Below are positions 56,277 through 64,000 of a stretch of 64,000 nt of DNA, one piece after another (position 1 is the first letter of the stretch; every line of letters begins with the position of its first letter). The stretch covers positions 800,001 through 864,000 of the forward strand of contig OZ242318.1 of NCBI GenBank assembly GCA_965208105.1, read 5' to 3'. Under the pieces are notes generated by a model. It saw only the letters and a list, made by a program, of their open reading frames with translations, made no database searches and had not been told where the DNA came from. The DNA is from Candidatus Latescibacterota bacterium (GTDB lineage: Bacteria > Latescibacterota > UBA2968 > UBA8231). The translations under genes and the position numbers were made by a program.

Positions 56277-56313
56277 GATCAACCTGGAGACGTAGATCCC
56301 CTGTCAACTGCAC
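56277..56313. repeat. 37-bp direct repeat, copy 2 (contains minus-strand TTGACA)
   Basis: gatcaacctggagacgtagatcccctgtcaactgcac. Confidence 0.85.
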
Positions 56314-56390
56314 CTGCTGTCCCCGGGCGAGAACAAGGCTTGGCAACCCGCTGAAGCACTCACTCGTGAGGTCTGTTGCCCATCAAATCC

Positions 56391-56406
56391 CAAAATAGCT
56401 ATTTTG
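56391..56406. promoter_or_regulatory. Palindromic operator of the Phd/YefM TA locus
   Basis: Perfect 16-bp palindrome CAAAATAGCTATTTTG, 5 nt before the antitoxin ATG. Confidence 0.65.
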
Positions 56407-56411
56407 AATCC

Positions 56412-56663
56412 ATGAAAAAGATTGCTGCAAGAGAGGCGAAGAATCGCTTCGGCCGATTGCTCGATGCCGCCCAAAGCGCACCTGTCTGCGTGACCAAGAA
56501 AGGCAGGGCAGTCGGGGTGGTTATGTCCATGGAGCAGTACCAACGGCTGCGGGGCGCCGCATGGGCGCGCTTGACGGCAACCATGGGCAGCCTAGGTGCC
56601 GAGGCGGCCTCAAAGGGATTAACCGAGGCCAAGCTCGAAGCGCTCCTGGCCGATGGGAGTTGA
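56412..56663 (+). CDS. Phd/YefM family antitoxin
   Basis: MKKIAAREAKNRFGRLLDAAQSAPVCVTKKGRAVGVVMS. Confidence 0.92.
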   Translation: MKKIAAREAKNRFGRLLDAAQSAPVCVTKKGRAVGVVMSMEQYQRLRGAAWARLTATMGSLGAEAASKGLTEAKLEALLADGS

Positions 56664-56830
56664 ACGCCTCGGGCGGTTGTGGACAGGATACAAAAGGCCA
56701 ACGGAGTCCTTTCTGTTCTCCGACGAGACCTTCGATGAGCTGCGGACCCGGCTCCAATATTCCAAATTTGACAAGTATGTCGGCCGCGATGGCCGCAGGT
56801 TGTACCTGTCTCAGCTCGAAGCCGCGAGCG
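56653..56830 (+). pseudogene. Degenerate PIN-family toxin
   Basis: FLFSDETFDELRTRL..SKFDKYV..RRLYLSQL resembles an internal PIN segment; the N-terminal DTN motif and C-terminal acidic motifs are missing. Confidence 0.6.
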
Positions 56831-56912
56831 CGGCGAAGTGGACGCCATCAAGTGTCGGACCCTTTCCGACACAGTCACATGCAGTCCTTCCAGGACAACT
56901 CCGCACGCTCCG

Positions 56913-57320
56913 TCATTTTTCCATTCTGTAGACGCCGATGCGAAAGCCGTACTCCTTGTAGAAGGCAACCGCGTCCTTGTTGTGGGCGAACACGTCCAAC
57001 CTGACCTTCTTGTCCGTCCACGCCTTCTCGTACAGCCAATCCAGCAACCGCGTAGCGATGCCCTTCCGGCGGTATGCTTTGCGTACGTACAATTGCCTCA
57101 TGTAGTAGTACGAACCCTCATCCCTGAACAAGCAGTAGGCGATGATGCGGCTGTTTTCTTTCACCAGGTAGCAGATGTATCCGCCTGCCAGCCATTCCTT
57201 CATCCGTCGGGTGAGCTGGGCAACGTCCATGGGATTGGGGTGCCGTTCGTCCTCGATGAGACCCTTGTTCAGCTCGGCGAGTCCTTCGACATCCACAAGC
57301 TCTGCTCTGACAATCTCCAT
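56913..57320 (-). CDS. GNAT N-acetyltransferase
   Basis: RQLYVRKAYRRKGIATRLL..NKDAVAFYKEYGF. Confidence 0.88.
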   Translation of the reverse strand: MEIVRAELVDVEGLAELNKGLIEDERHPNPMDVAQLTRRMKEWLAGGYICYLVKENSRIIAYCLFRDEGSYYYMRQLYVRKAYRRKGIATRLLDWLYEKAWTDKKVRLDVFAHNKDAVAFYKEYGFRIGVYRMEK

Positions 57321-57479
57321 TTGAACGGGCCTCAAGCGCTTCGGCCGGCGCGTGGCAAGGAGGGTCAACCATATGTTGCGGGGCCATCTCGGTCAGTCGT
57401 CCATTCATCGCGCGCTGTTCGGGTGAGGTCCGACAATGCCCGGCGTTGATTGCCCGCGGAATCGAAGTTTTCCGGTGCC

Positions 57480-57618
57480 AGCCATGGCGCGCGGGATCCA
57501 CCGGTTCAACCCGGCAAGTTCTCCCATCCATCAGCGCTCGCGGCGGCGGCAATGCCGGGCGCCACTCCCCCAGGGGGGCACCCGGCGATCGACCGGGTTC
57601 CTTCAAATTTCCGCTCAT
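57480..57618 (-). pseudogene. N-terminal relic of a RimJ-like GNAT
   Basis: GAPLGEWRPALPPPRALMDGRTCRVEPVDPARH is a typical N-terminus, after which similarity is lost; GGAG RBS. Confidence 0.5.
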
Positions 57619-57705
57619 TAACGCGCTCCGTGCCCTCCAATTGCAGCGGCCGCCGCCATACCTGCCAGGTTTCCGTCCCTCGCATTCATCCGCGAGTTCT
57701 GGAAT

Positions 57706-58449
57706 TCAGTCCCCACCGAGCCCTTCGGTATACCCGTTTTCCACCATAGCCTGGCGGAAGAAGTCGAACATATGCGGCAGGCGGTCCGTTCTCCAGCGTC
57801 CGACGGGATCGGGCCGCACGATTACCCGCCCCAGTTTCATCCCGAGGAAATCCTCCAGCCGCTCCAGGGACTCGCTTTGCCTGAGCACGAAGTCTTCGTA
57901 GCGCACCGTCAGCCAGTGCTCGGGTTTGGGGGTGGCCTGCACCAGGTCGTACTGGTATTTCCACGATATGGCCCGGCGTTCGCGCTCGTTGTCCGGGTGC
58001 GGATAGGCAATCCCGAAATCGCTCAGGTCGTCGGTCTTGTGGCGCCCGATGATGCAATCGCGCGGATCGCGGATCCAGTAGATGTACCGGGCCCGGGGAA
58101 AAAGACGGACGATCCAAGGAGAAACGAGCGTGGTCTCGGGCAATTTCCAGCCCCGGAGTCCTTCGTGTTCCAGTACGTCCTTTAAATAGGACTCGACCAG
58201 GGAGGTGAATTCCGCCGCCACGGGGCCCTGGTGCAATGCGCTGAAGTCCCAGTGCAAACCACCCTGCCACCGCACCTGCCTGGCCATGACCCGGCAGGCC
58301 TCGTACAAATCCTGCGCTGGAACCTTGTCCCCCGAGCGATTGATGGCGGCGCCCATGAAGACACCGCTGGCGTACAGGGTATGGGCGATGACCCTGGTGC
58401 CGGAATGACCCCGACCGATAATGGCAATCATCCCGCTTCCGTCAGACAT
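57706..58449 (-). CDS. Sulfotransferase family protein
   Basis: IGRGHSGTR (5'-PSB loop), WKLP, IRDPRD (3'-PB), VRYEDF. Confidence 0.88.
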   Translation of the reverse strand: MSDGSGMIAIIGRGHSGTRVIAHTLYASGVFMGAAINRSGDKVPAQDLYEACRVMARQVRWQGGLHWDFSALHQGPVAAEFTSLVESYLKDVLEHEGLRGWKLPETTLVSPWIVRLFPRARYIYWIRDPRDCIIGRHKTDDLSDFGIAYPHPDNERERRAISWKYQYDLVQATPKPEHWLTVRYEDFVLRQSESLERLEDFLGMKLGRVIVRPDPVGRWRTDRLPHMFDFFRQAMVENGYTEGLGGD

Positions 58450-58690
58450 AACTTTCCCCGCCGCGCTCCGACCGATCGATCACTTCGCCAAGCCGCTACG
58501 CCTGACCTCTGCCGGATGAAACTGAAATTCCATATGCATCACCTATTCCCTCCAGCCAAGCTCGTGATGAGTTTGCCCGCCGCTGCATCGATGACGAGAT
58601 TTTCCCCGTGGTTGAACGATGGGCCTCTAAAGATAGAAAACGCCGATAAGCTCCGCCTCACTTCCTACATTCGGAGATAATTGGACCAAT

Positions 58691-59239
58691 ATGGATATGC
58701 CGGAATTCATCGATACAGAGAGATTGAAGCTCAGGCTGTTCAGTATCGAGGACGTCGAAGATGTTTTTTCGTACGCATCAGATCCGCAATGGGCGCGCTT
58801 TCTTCCGGTTCCGCAGCCATACACGAAAGCAGATGCTGAAGAATTTGTAGCAGGTCAAGTGTCCGGGGATCGCAAAACAGACGCGGTCTGGGCGATTGAA
58901 CACGCTGGATCGGTAATTGGTGGAGTCGGCATCAGATTTGATTTTGAAAACCGCGTCGGCGAAATGGGTTACAGCCTTGCCCGCCGCTTTTGGGGAAGAG
59001 GGTTGACCACCGAAGCTGTGGGTGCCGTTATCGACGCGGCGTTCTCGGCCTACCCGGAGTTGAATCGCATCCAGGCTTCCGCCGACCAGAGAAACGTCGG
59101 CTCCCTCCGGGTAATGGAGAAGCTCGGAATGGTCCGTGAAGGCGTCCTGCGCCAGGACAAATTCCTGAGGGGTGAATTCAGCAACTCGGTGTGGTGCGGT
59201 TTATTGCGCAGCGAATGGGAGGCAGGAACCAGGAAGTGA
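58691..59239 (+). CDS. GNAT RimJ/RimL family N-acetyltransferase
   Basis: TERLKLR, EMGYSL..FWGRGLTTEA, NVGSLRVMEKLGM..EG.LR. Confidence 0.92.
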   Translation: MDMPEFIDTERLKLRLFSIEDVEDVFSYASDPQWARFLPVPQPYTKADAEEFVAGQVSGDRKTDAVWAIEHAGSVIGGVGIRFDFENRVGEMGYSLARRFWGRGLTTEAVGAVIDAAFSAYPELNRIQASADQRNVGSLRVMEKLGMVREGVLRQDKFLRGEFSNSVWCGLLRSEWEAGTRK

Positions 59240-59367
59240 GCTCAAAAATGCCGCCGCCCGGGCTTTTGTTGCGGCGCCGGGAGCCTCCTGGGCCGCGCAT
59301 CACGAGCATTAGGCCGATGCCATGGCCGATGAGGTTGCACTTCATGGTGGGGAAGGCCAGGGCGGCC

Positions 59368-61566
59368 TCAGAAGAAAACCTTGTGCAGCAGGCGCAGGTT
59401 GCGGCCGGGCTCGGGCAGGATTTCCTTGACCCGGTTGAGGTGATTGCGGTAGACCGCGTCGGTGGCGTTCTCCATGGTCAGGGCAAAGGTGTGCAGATGT
59501 CCGCGCCAATGCACGTAGTACTTGCCCGAAAGGTCCAGCACGGCGTAGCCCTCGGTGGGCTCCTCGAACTCGCCGGGGCGGTTCTGGTCCGCCGCCAGGC
59601 GCAGGGCCCCGCCGGCGCTCAGAGCCTCGGTGGGCTCCCAGGCCAGGCTGATGCGGCTCTGCACCGGCGGCAGGCGCGGCAGGGGTTCGCCGCCGCGGTC
59701 GGCCAGGTGTCCGCGCACGTAGCTGAGCGAGGAGACCGTTTTCCAGTTCCGCCCCAGGCGCCAGTCGGCGGTGGCTTCGGCGCCGTGCATGAGGACGCGC
59801 TCCCCCACCATCTGGTAGAGGTAGAGGTCGGCGCGCCGCAGGCTGGGCTGGCCGCTGTTCTTCGGGAAGATGTAGCCGTCTATGACATTGCGGAACAGGG
59901 CCAGGTGGAGATGGCCTCTCTCGTGGTGGCAGTCGGCGAACAGCTCCAGTCCAAGTCCGCGCTCGGTGTTCAGGTCGCCGCTGCCCACCTCGTAGGAGTA
60001 GGCGGCCAGGTGAGGTCCCTCGGAGAACAGCTCTTCGATGCCGGGGGCGCGAAAGGTGCGCATCAAGGTGGCGCCCAGGGTCAGGCCGCGGCCGCTGCGG
60101 TAGAGGCCGGAGAGACCGGCGGAGAGGCCGGCGAAATCCCGGGTGCGGATGCGGCCCACGGTGCGCGAGTCACGCTCCTCGCGCGGCTCGACCCGGCGGG
60201 CGTCGGCGCGCAGGGCGGCGTTGGCCGACCAGGAGCCGCGCTCGATCTCCTGGTAGGTGAACAGAGCGCCGGCGTATTCCTCCGCCGGTGGGGTGAAGTC
60301 CAGACCGGCGGCGGCGTAGTTGCGGTACTCGTACCACAGTCCCGCAACCCCGTTGCGAAAGGGCCCCAGAGGTTCGAGGTGGGCCAGGGCGCTGCTGTGG
60401 TGGGACAACACCCCGAACTCCAGCCCCAGAACGTGATTGACCTCGAACTCGCCGTGCTGGTAGCGCGAGAACGCGTGGGTCAGTTCCAGGCGCTGCAGCC
60501 AGTCCGGTCCGCCGAGGAGCTCGCCGCGTCCTTCGAAATGCTGGCGTTCAAGTTCGATGGACACGCCGTGCGGATGGCCCCCGAGCGGATCGGGAGGGAT
60601 GCCGTAGTCGGAGTCGTAGACGCTGCCGGACACCCCCGCGTGGCCCCAGGGCCGCACCAGGCTGATACCCACCGAGGCATTGCCGGTGCGAATGTCCGTA
60701 TTGGGCAGTACTCCCCGGGGAGTGGCGATGTCGCTGGCGTTGCGCCAGCTTCCGTCGGCCCGCAGGGACATGGGCCCGAGGGGGTGTTCGAGGCTGAGGC
60801 CGGCCCCCAGGGCGCCGTTGACGCTCTCCCCCTGCCAGGTGAAGGAGCCCCCCAGGCCTTCGGGATGCGCAGAGGGAACGTAGCCGCGCACCACGTTGAC
60901 CACTCCGGCCAGGGCGTTGGAGCCGTAGAGCAGGGTCCTGGGACCGCGCACAACCTCGATGCGCTCGGTGGTAAGGGGCTCGATGGCCACGGCGTGGTCC
61001 GAGGAGGAGGACGAGAGATCGCCGGTGCGCTCTCCGTCTTCGAGCACCAGGAGACGGTCGCCGCCCAGCCCGCGCAGCACCGGCCGCGCCGGCGCCGGAC
61101 CCATTGAACGCTGGGCGATGCCCGGCTCGAAGTCTATGGTCTCGGCGATGGTGCGGCTCAGGTTCTGGCGCAGGGTGCTGCCGCTGAAGACCACTGCGGG
61201 GGTCTCCAGGGGCGAGAGTGGCCTGCCGCTCCGGGCCTCGATGAGGACGCTCTGCAGCTCCAGGTGATGGTGGCCGATGGCCAGGTCCACGTGGTTGGTG
61301 TCGCCGGCGACCACCTCGACCTCGAAGCGGGCTTCGTGGTACCCCACGTGGAGAGTTTGCAGAAGGTGAGTGCCCGAAGGCAGATTGGCGAAGAAGAAGT
61401 AGCCTTCGGCGTCGCTGATCCGGGCCCGTTCGAGCCCCTCGACCACCACGGTGGTCCATCCCACCGCTTCGCCGCTTTCGGCATCGACCACGTGGCCGGC
61501 CAGGGCGCCGGTCTCAGTGCCCCGGACAGGGGCCGCCCCGAGAAGTAGAAGAAGGAGGAAGATCAT
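59368..61566 (-). CDS. TonB-dependent receptor (ZnuD-like metal transporter) with N-terminal carboxypeptidase-regulatory domain
   Basis: RPVLRGLGGDR, DHAV, ERIEVVRGP..LLYGSNALAGVVNV, EELFSEGPH, YRNHL..PGRN. Confidence 0.92.
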   Translation of the reverse strand: MIFLLLLLLGAAPVRGTETGALAGHVVDAESGEAVGWTTVVVEGLERARISDAEGYFFFANLPSGTHLLQTLHVGYHEARFEVEVVAGDTNHVDLAIGHHHLELQSVLIEARSGRPLSPLETPAVVFSGSTLRQNLSRTIAETIDFEPGIAQRSMGPAPARPVLRGLGGDRLLVLEDGERTGDLSSSSSDHAVAIEPLTTERIEVVRGPRTLLYGSNALAGVVNVVRGYVPSAHPEGLGGSFTWQGESVNGALGAGLSLEHPLGPMSLRADGSWRNASDIATPRGVLPNTDIRTGNASVGISLVRPWGHAGVSGSVYDSDYGIPPDPLGGHPHGVSIELERQHFEGRGELLGGPDWLQRLELTHAFSRYQHGEFEVNHVLGLEFGVLSHHSSALAHLEPLGPFRNGVAGLWYEYRNYAAAGLDFTPPAEEYAGALFTYQEIERGSWSANAALRADARRVEPREERDSRTVGRIRTRDFAGLSAGLSGLYRSGRGLTLGATLMRTFRAPGIEELFSEGPHLAAYSYEVGSGDLNTERGLGLELFADCHHERGHLHLALFRNVIDGYIFPKNSGQPSLRRADLYLYQMVGERVLMHGAEATADWRLGRNWKTVSSLSYVRGHLADRGGEPLPRLPPVQSRISLAWEPTEALSAGGALRLAADQNRPGEFEEPTEGYAVLDLSGKYYVHWRGHLHTFALTMENATDAVYRNHLNRVKEILPEPGRNLRLLHKVFF

Positions 61567-62008
61567 GCGCTAGAATTCGGGTTCAGGGGTACTCGAGCTG
61601 AACGGTAGGTGCAATGGCGGACCATCGGGAGCCTCAATATATCCGCCCTTCAACGGGCGGGCAATGGGCGGCAAGACGCAACAGGCGCCGCCGGCCCCTG
61701 AGCTGGTGGAACATTGCGGTCCCGGCCGGTCCGTCCGCCGAATTGATTTTGCCTCCTCCCGGACCCTTGCGCAAGGACCCTCCCGGCGGCCGTACCGCGG
61801 CTTTCGCTGCCCTCCTTTGATGCACCGATTCGCCATTGACAACTGGAGGCACAATGGCTAAGGTGGGGAAACAGCTTGCGCGATAACCAATCGCGCCGGC
61901 CGATTCGAATCAGCTGGGGGAATGGGCGCGTCCCTGTTTTCCATGCAGATCGAAAACCCGCGGCCACATCCCCTTCAACCCTGTTCTCCGGGGGAAAGGC
62001 AAGAGGCC

Positions 62009-64000
62009 ATGGCGACATTGAAAAGGGTCGGCTCCATCGCAGCGCGCCTGCGGGAGCTGCCGTACGAAAAGCGGGTCTGCCGCGTCGAGCAGTACCCCTC
62101 GTTCTGCCGCGATCCGGATGACCGCACCCCGGACCACGTCATTCAGGAGTACGTAGACCTGATTCACGAGGCCGGAGTCGAAGCCCACATCGTTCAGTCC
62201 ACCCACAACCGCGGCACCCCCCTCTTTCCTTCCAGCATGTTGCCGCCGCACCCGGACCACGAGGGGTTCCGGCTGCCGAAATTCCTCGCCGCCGCCCACG
62301 AGAAGGGCATCATCGTCCTCTCCTATTACGCCATCATGTACAACAAGCCTCTCAAGGAGCTGCACCCAGAGTGGATGATGGAGTTCATCGACTTCGGCCG
62401 GCCGGCGCCGGAAAACGAGGGCTGGCCCTGTTTCAACTCCCCCCACAGGGACTGGCTCGGCGACTACCTCATCGACATCATGGATCATTTGGACCTGGAC
62501 GGGTTCTACTTCGACGACACCAACTGGGGCTCGCACGAGGGCAGGCCCTTCTACCCCAGTTGCATCTGCAGGTACTGCGAGGAGCTTTTCCGCAAGGACA
62601 CCGGCCGGCGCATACCGGGCAAGGTGAATTTCGACGACCCCGACTTCCGCCACTTCGTCAACTGGCGCTACGACAAGCTGCTGGACTTCAACCGGCACGT
62701 TTTCAAGCGGGTCAAGGAGAAGTACCCCGATGTCATCTTCGACTTTCACTACTACGCCAGGCCCACCACCGACTGGGTCGACGGCCACCAGCTCAACCCC
62801 CTGACCTTCGGCGACGACGGCGACCACTACTTCATCGAGACCCACCGGACGGTCCGCGAGACCGGATTCACCGCCAAGGTCGCCCGCTCCATGGGATCCC
62901 CGTTCTGCGTCTGGCGCAACCCGGTGCAGATACTGGAGCAGTGCACCTCGGCCTACGCCCCGTACCTGGAACCGCACACCCCGGTGATCCACGGGCTGCA
63001 GGGAATCATCAACGGGGGCTGCGCCGTCTTCGGCAGCTTCGGAGGCCCCATCCACTTGCACAAGAAATCGATGCGGGAGGTGTTCTCGCAGATGAAGAAG
63101 CGGGTCGAGTTCATGGGCGGAGAGACGGTCAAGTACGTGGGACTGCACTACTCCCAGCAGAGCCGCGATTTCCGCCCCAGCGAGCTGCCCAAGAACATGG
63201 CGCTTACGGAGAACTTCCACATCTCGCAGAAGGACGTGAACGGCAGCTACGAGATGCTCAACCGGTCCCACCACCTCGTCGACATCGTTCTCGACCGCCA
63301 GCTCACTCTCGAGCATCTCTCCGCCTATCCCGTTCTCATGCTGGCCAACAGCTGCCTCTCCGAGGCCCAATGCGACCAGATCCGCCAGTACGTGCACCAA
63401 GGCGGCACTCTCATCGGCAACCACGAGACCTCGCTGCGGGACGAGTTCGGCCAGGCGCGCGGCAACTTCGCCCTGGCAGACCTCTTCGGGGTGGATTTCG
63501 CCGGCCACATCGGCGGCGAGGAACCCTACGGGGTCGTCTACGTCCCCCATGACACCGCGCTGAAGTCCGCCTGCGAGCAGGTTATCTGCTTCGCCTCCAC
63601 CGAGACCGCGGTCCGGTTGAGGGAGGGCTCCACCGCCGAGGTACTCTGCACCCGCGCGAACCTTGGCCCCGATCTTCCCCTGGACAGCTTTCACCCCGGA
63701 TCCACCTTCGATTCCGGCGAGCCGGCGGTGGTGGCCAACAGCTTCGGCGCCGGACAGGTGATCTACATCAACAGCGACGTGGGCGACGGATTCATGCACA
63801 ACCCCTACCCCCCGCTGCAGCGCTTCATATCCCACCTGGTGGGACGCACGAAGTCTCCCGTGGTGGTGGACGCCCCCGAGGCCATCGAGGTGACCGCGTC
63901 CAGGCGCGGAGCAGGGGAACTGATGGTCCACCTGCTCAACGATCCCACCCCCATCGTTCCCATGGACATGCTGGAAAAGGGGGAAGGTCTCAGCACCCAC
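62009..64000 (+). CDS. Glycoside hydrolase-like protein, paralogue of 17606-19843 (3' end outside window; absent from the ORF track)
   Basis: ATG at 62009 after GAGG. My translation MATLKRVGSIAARLRELPYEKRVCRVE..HPEW..CFNSPHRDW..DGFYFDDTNWGSH..CICRYC..FRHFVNWRYDKL stays open to the window end. Confidence 0.88.
   Translation, partial: MATLKRVGSIAARLRELPYEKRVCRVEQYPSFCRDPDDRTPDHVIQEYVDLIHEAGVEAHIVQSTHNRGTPLFPSSMLPPHPDHEGFRLPKFLAAAHEKGIIVLSYYAIMYNKPLKELHPEWMMEFIDFGRPAPENEGWPCFNSPHRDWLGDYLIDIMDHLDLDGFYFDDTNWGSHEGRPFYPSCICRYCEELFRKDTGRRIPGKVNFDDPDFRHFVNWRYDKLLDFNRHVFKRVKEKYPDVIFDFHYYARPTTDWVDGHQLNPLTFGDDGDHYFIETHRTVRETGFTAKVARSMGSPFCVWRNPVQILEQCTSAYAPYLEPHTPVIHGLQGIINGGCAVFGSFGGPIHLHKKSMREVFSQMKKRVEFMGGETVKYVGLHYSQQSRDFRPSELPKNMALTENFHISQKDVNGSYEMLNRSHHLVDIVLDRQLTLEHLSAYPVLMLANSCLSEAQCDQIRQYVHQGGTLIGNHETSLRDEFGQARGNFALADLFGVDFAGHIGGEEPYGVVYVPHDTALKSACEQVICFASTETAVRLREGSTAEVLCTRANLGPDLPLDSFHPGSTFDSGEPAVVANSFGAGQVIYINSDVGDGFMHNPYPPLQRFISHLVGRTKSPVVVDAPEAIEVTASRRGAGELMVHLLNDPTPIVPMDMLEKGEGLSTH

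Noticed and set aside
55546-56313. 37-bp repeats as a CRISPR array
   Set aside because: Only two copies 731 bp apart, with no spacers and no cas genes.
58540-58650. Protein-like fragment (..ARDEFARRCIDDEIFPVVERWASKDRKRR*) upstream of the RimJ GNAT
   Set aside because: Too short to assign and no convincing start.
61567-61860. Cobalamin riboswitch or Zur/Fur box upstream of the TonB receptor
   Set aside because: No B12-box or clear AT-rich palindrome seen; only a short CGCCC/GGGCG hairpin near a TATATT.

Overview
GC-rich (~60-65% by eye) bacterial chromosomal window with about 55 genes and no rRNA, tRNA, CRISPR array, transposase or integrase. The gene content suggests, by inference, a Candidatus Latescibacterota/Poribacteria-like host-associated FCB bacterium: secreted proteins ending in 'SWGxxK' or 'NYPNPFN' FlgD-type tails, several 2OG-Fe dioxygenases, a sulfatase, uncharacterised glycosidase-like proteins, an ankyrin protein and two vapBC pairs. 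Main findings: (1) a TusA - DsrE - TusA::MetE-like cluster followed by a PAS histidine kinase, a sigma54 response regulator, a sigma54 promoter with tandem enhancer palindromes and a small secreted-protein ORF (8.3-14.7 kb); (2) a selenoprotein split by the ORF track, a peroxiredoxin-like protein with UxxC and a SECIS-like hairpin (33133-33741); (3) two unrelated proteins sharing an N-terminal 'LPxxPxxExLKxxA...RE/DxGFxSW' module, each with a related RBS-occluding leader RNA (30.1 and 56.1 kb); (4) a circularly permuted LamG domain inserted into a beta-propeller hydrolase; (5) a recurring TTGACA-N19-TwkATy promoter architecture; (6) several gene relics. All calls come from motif recognition by eye; no searches were run.
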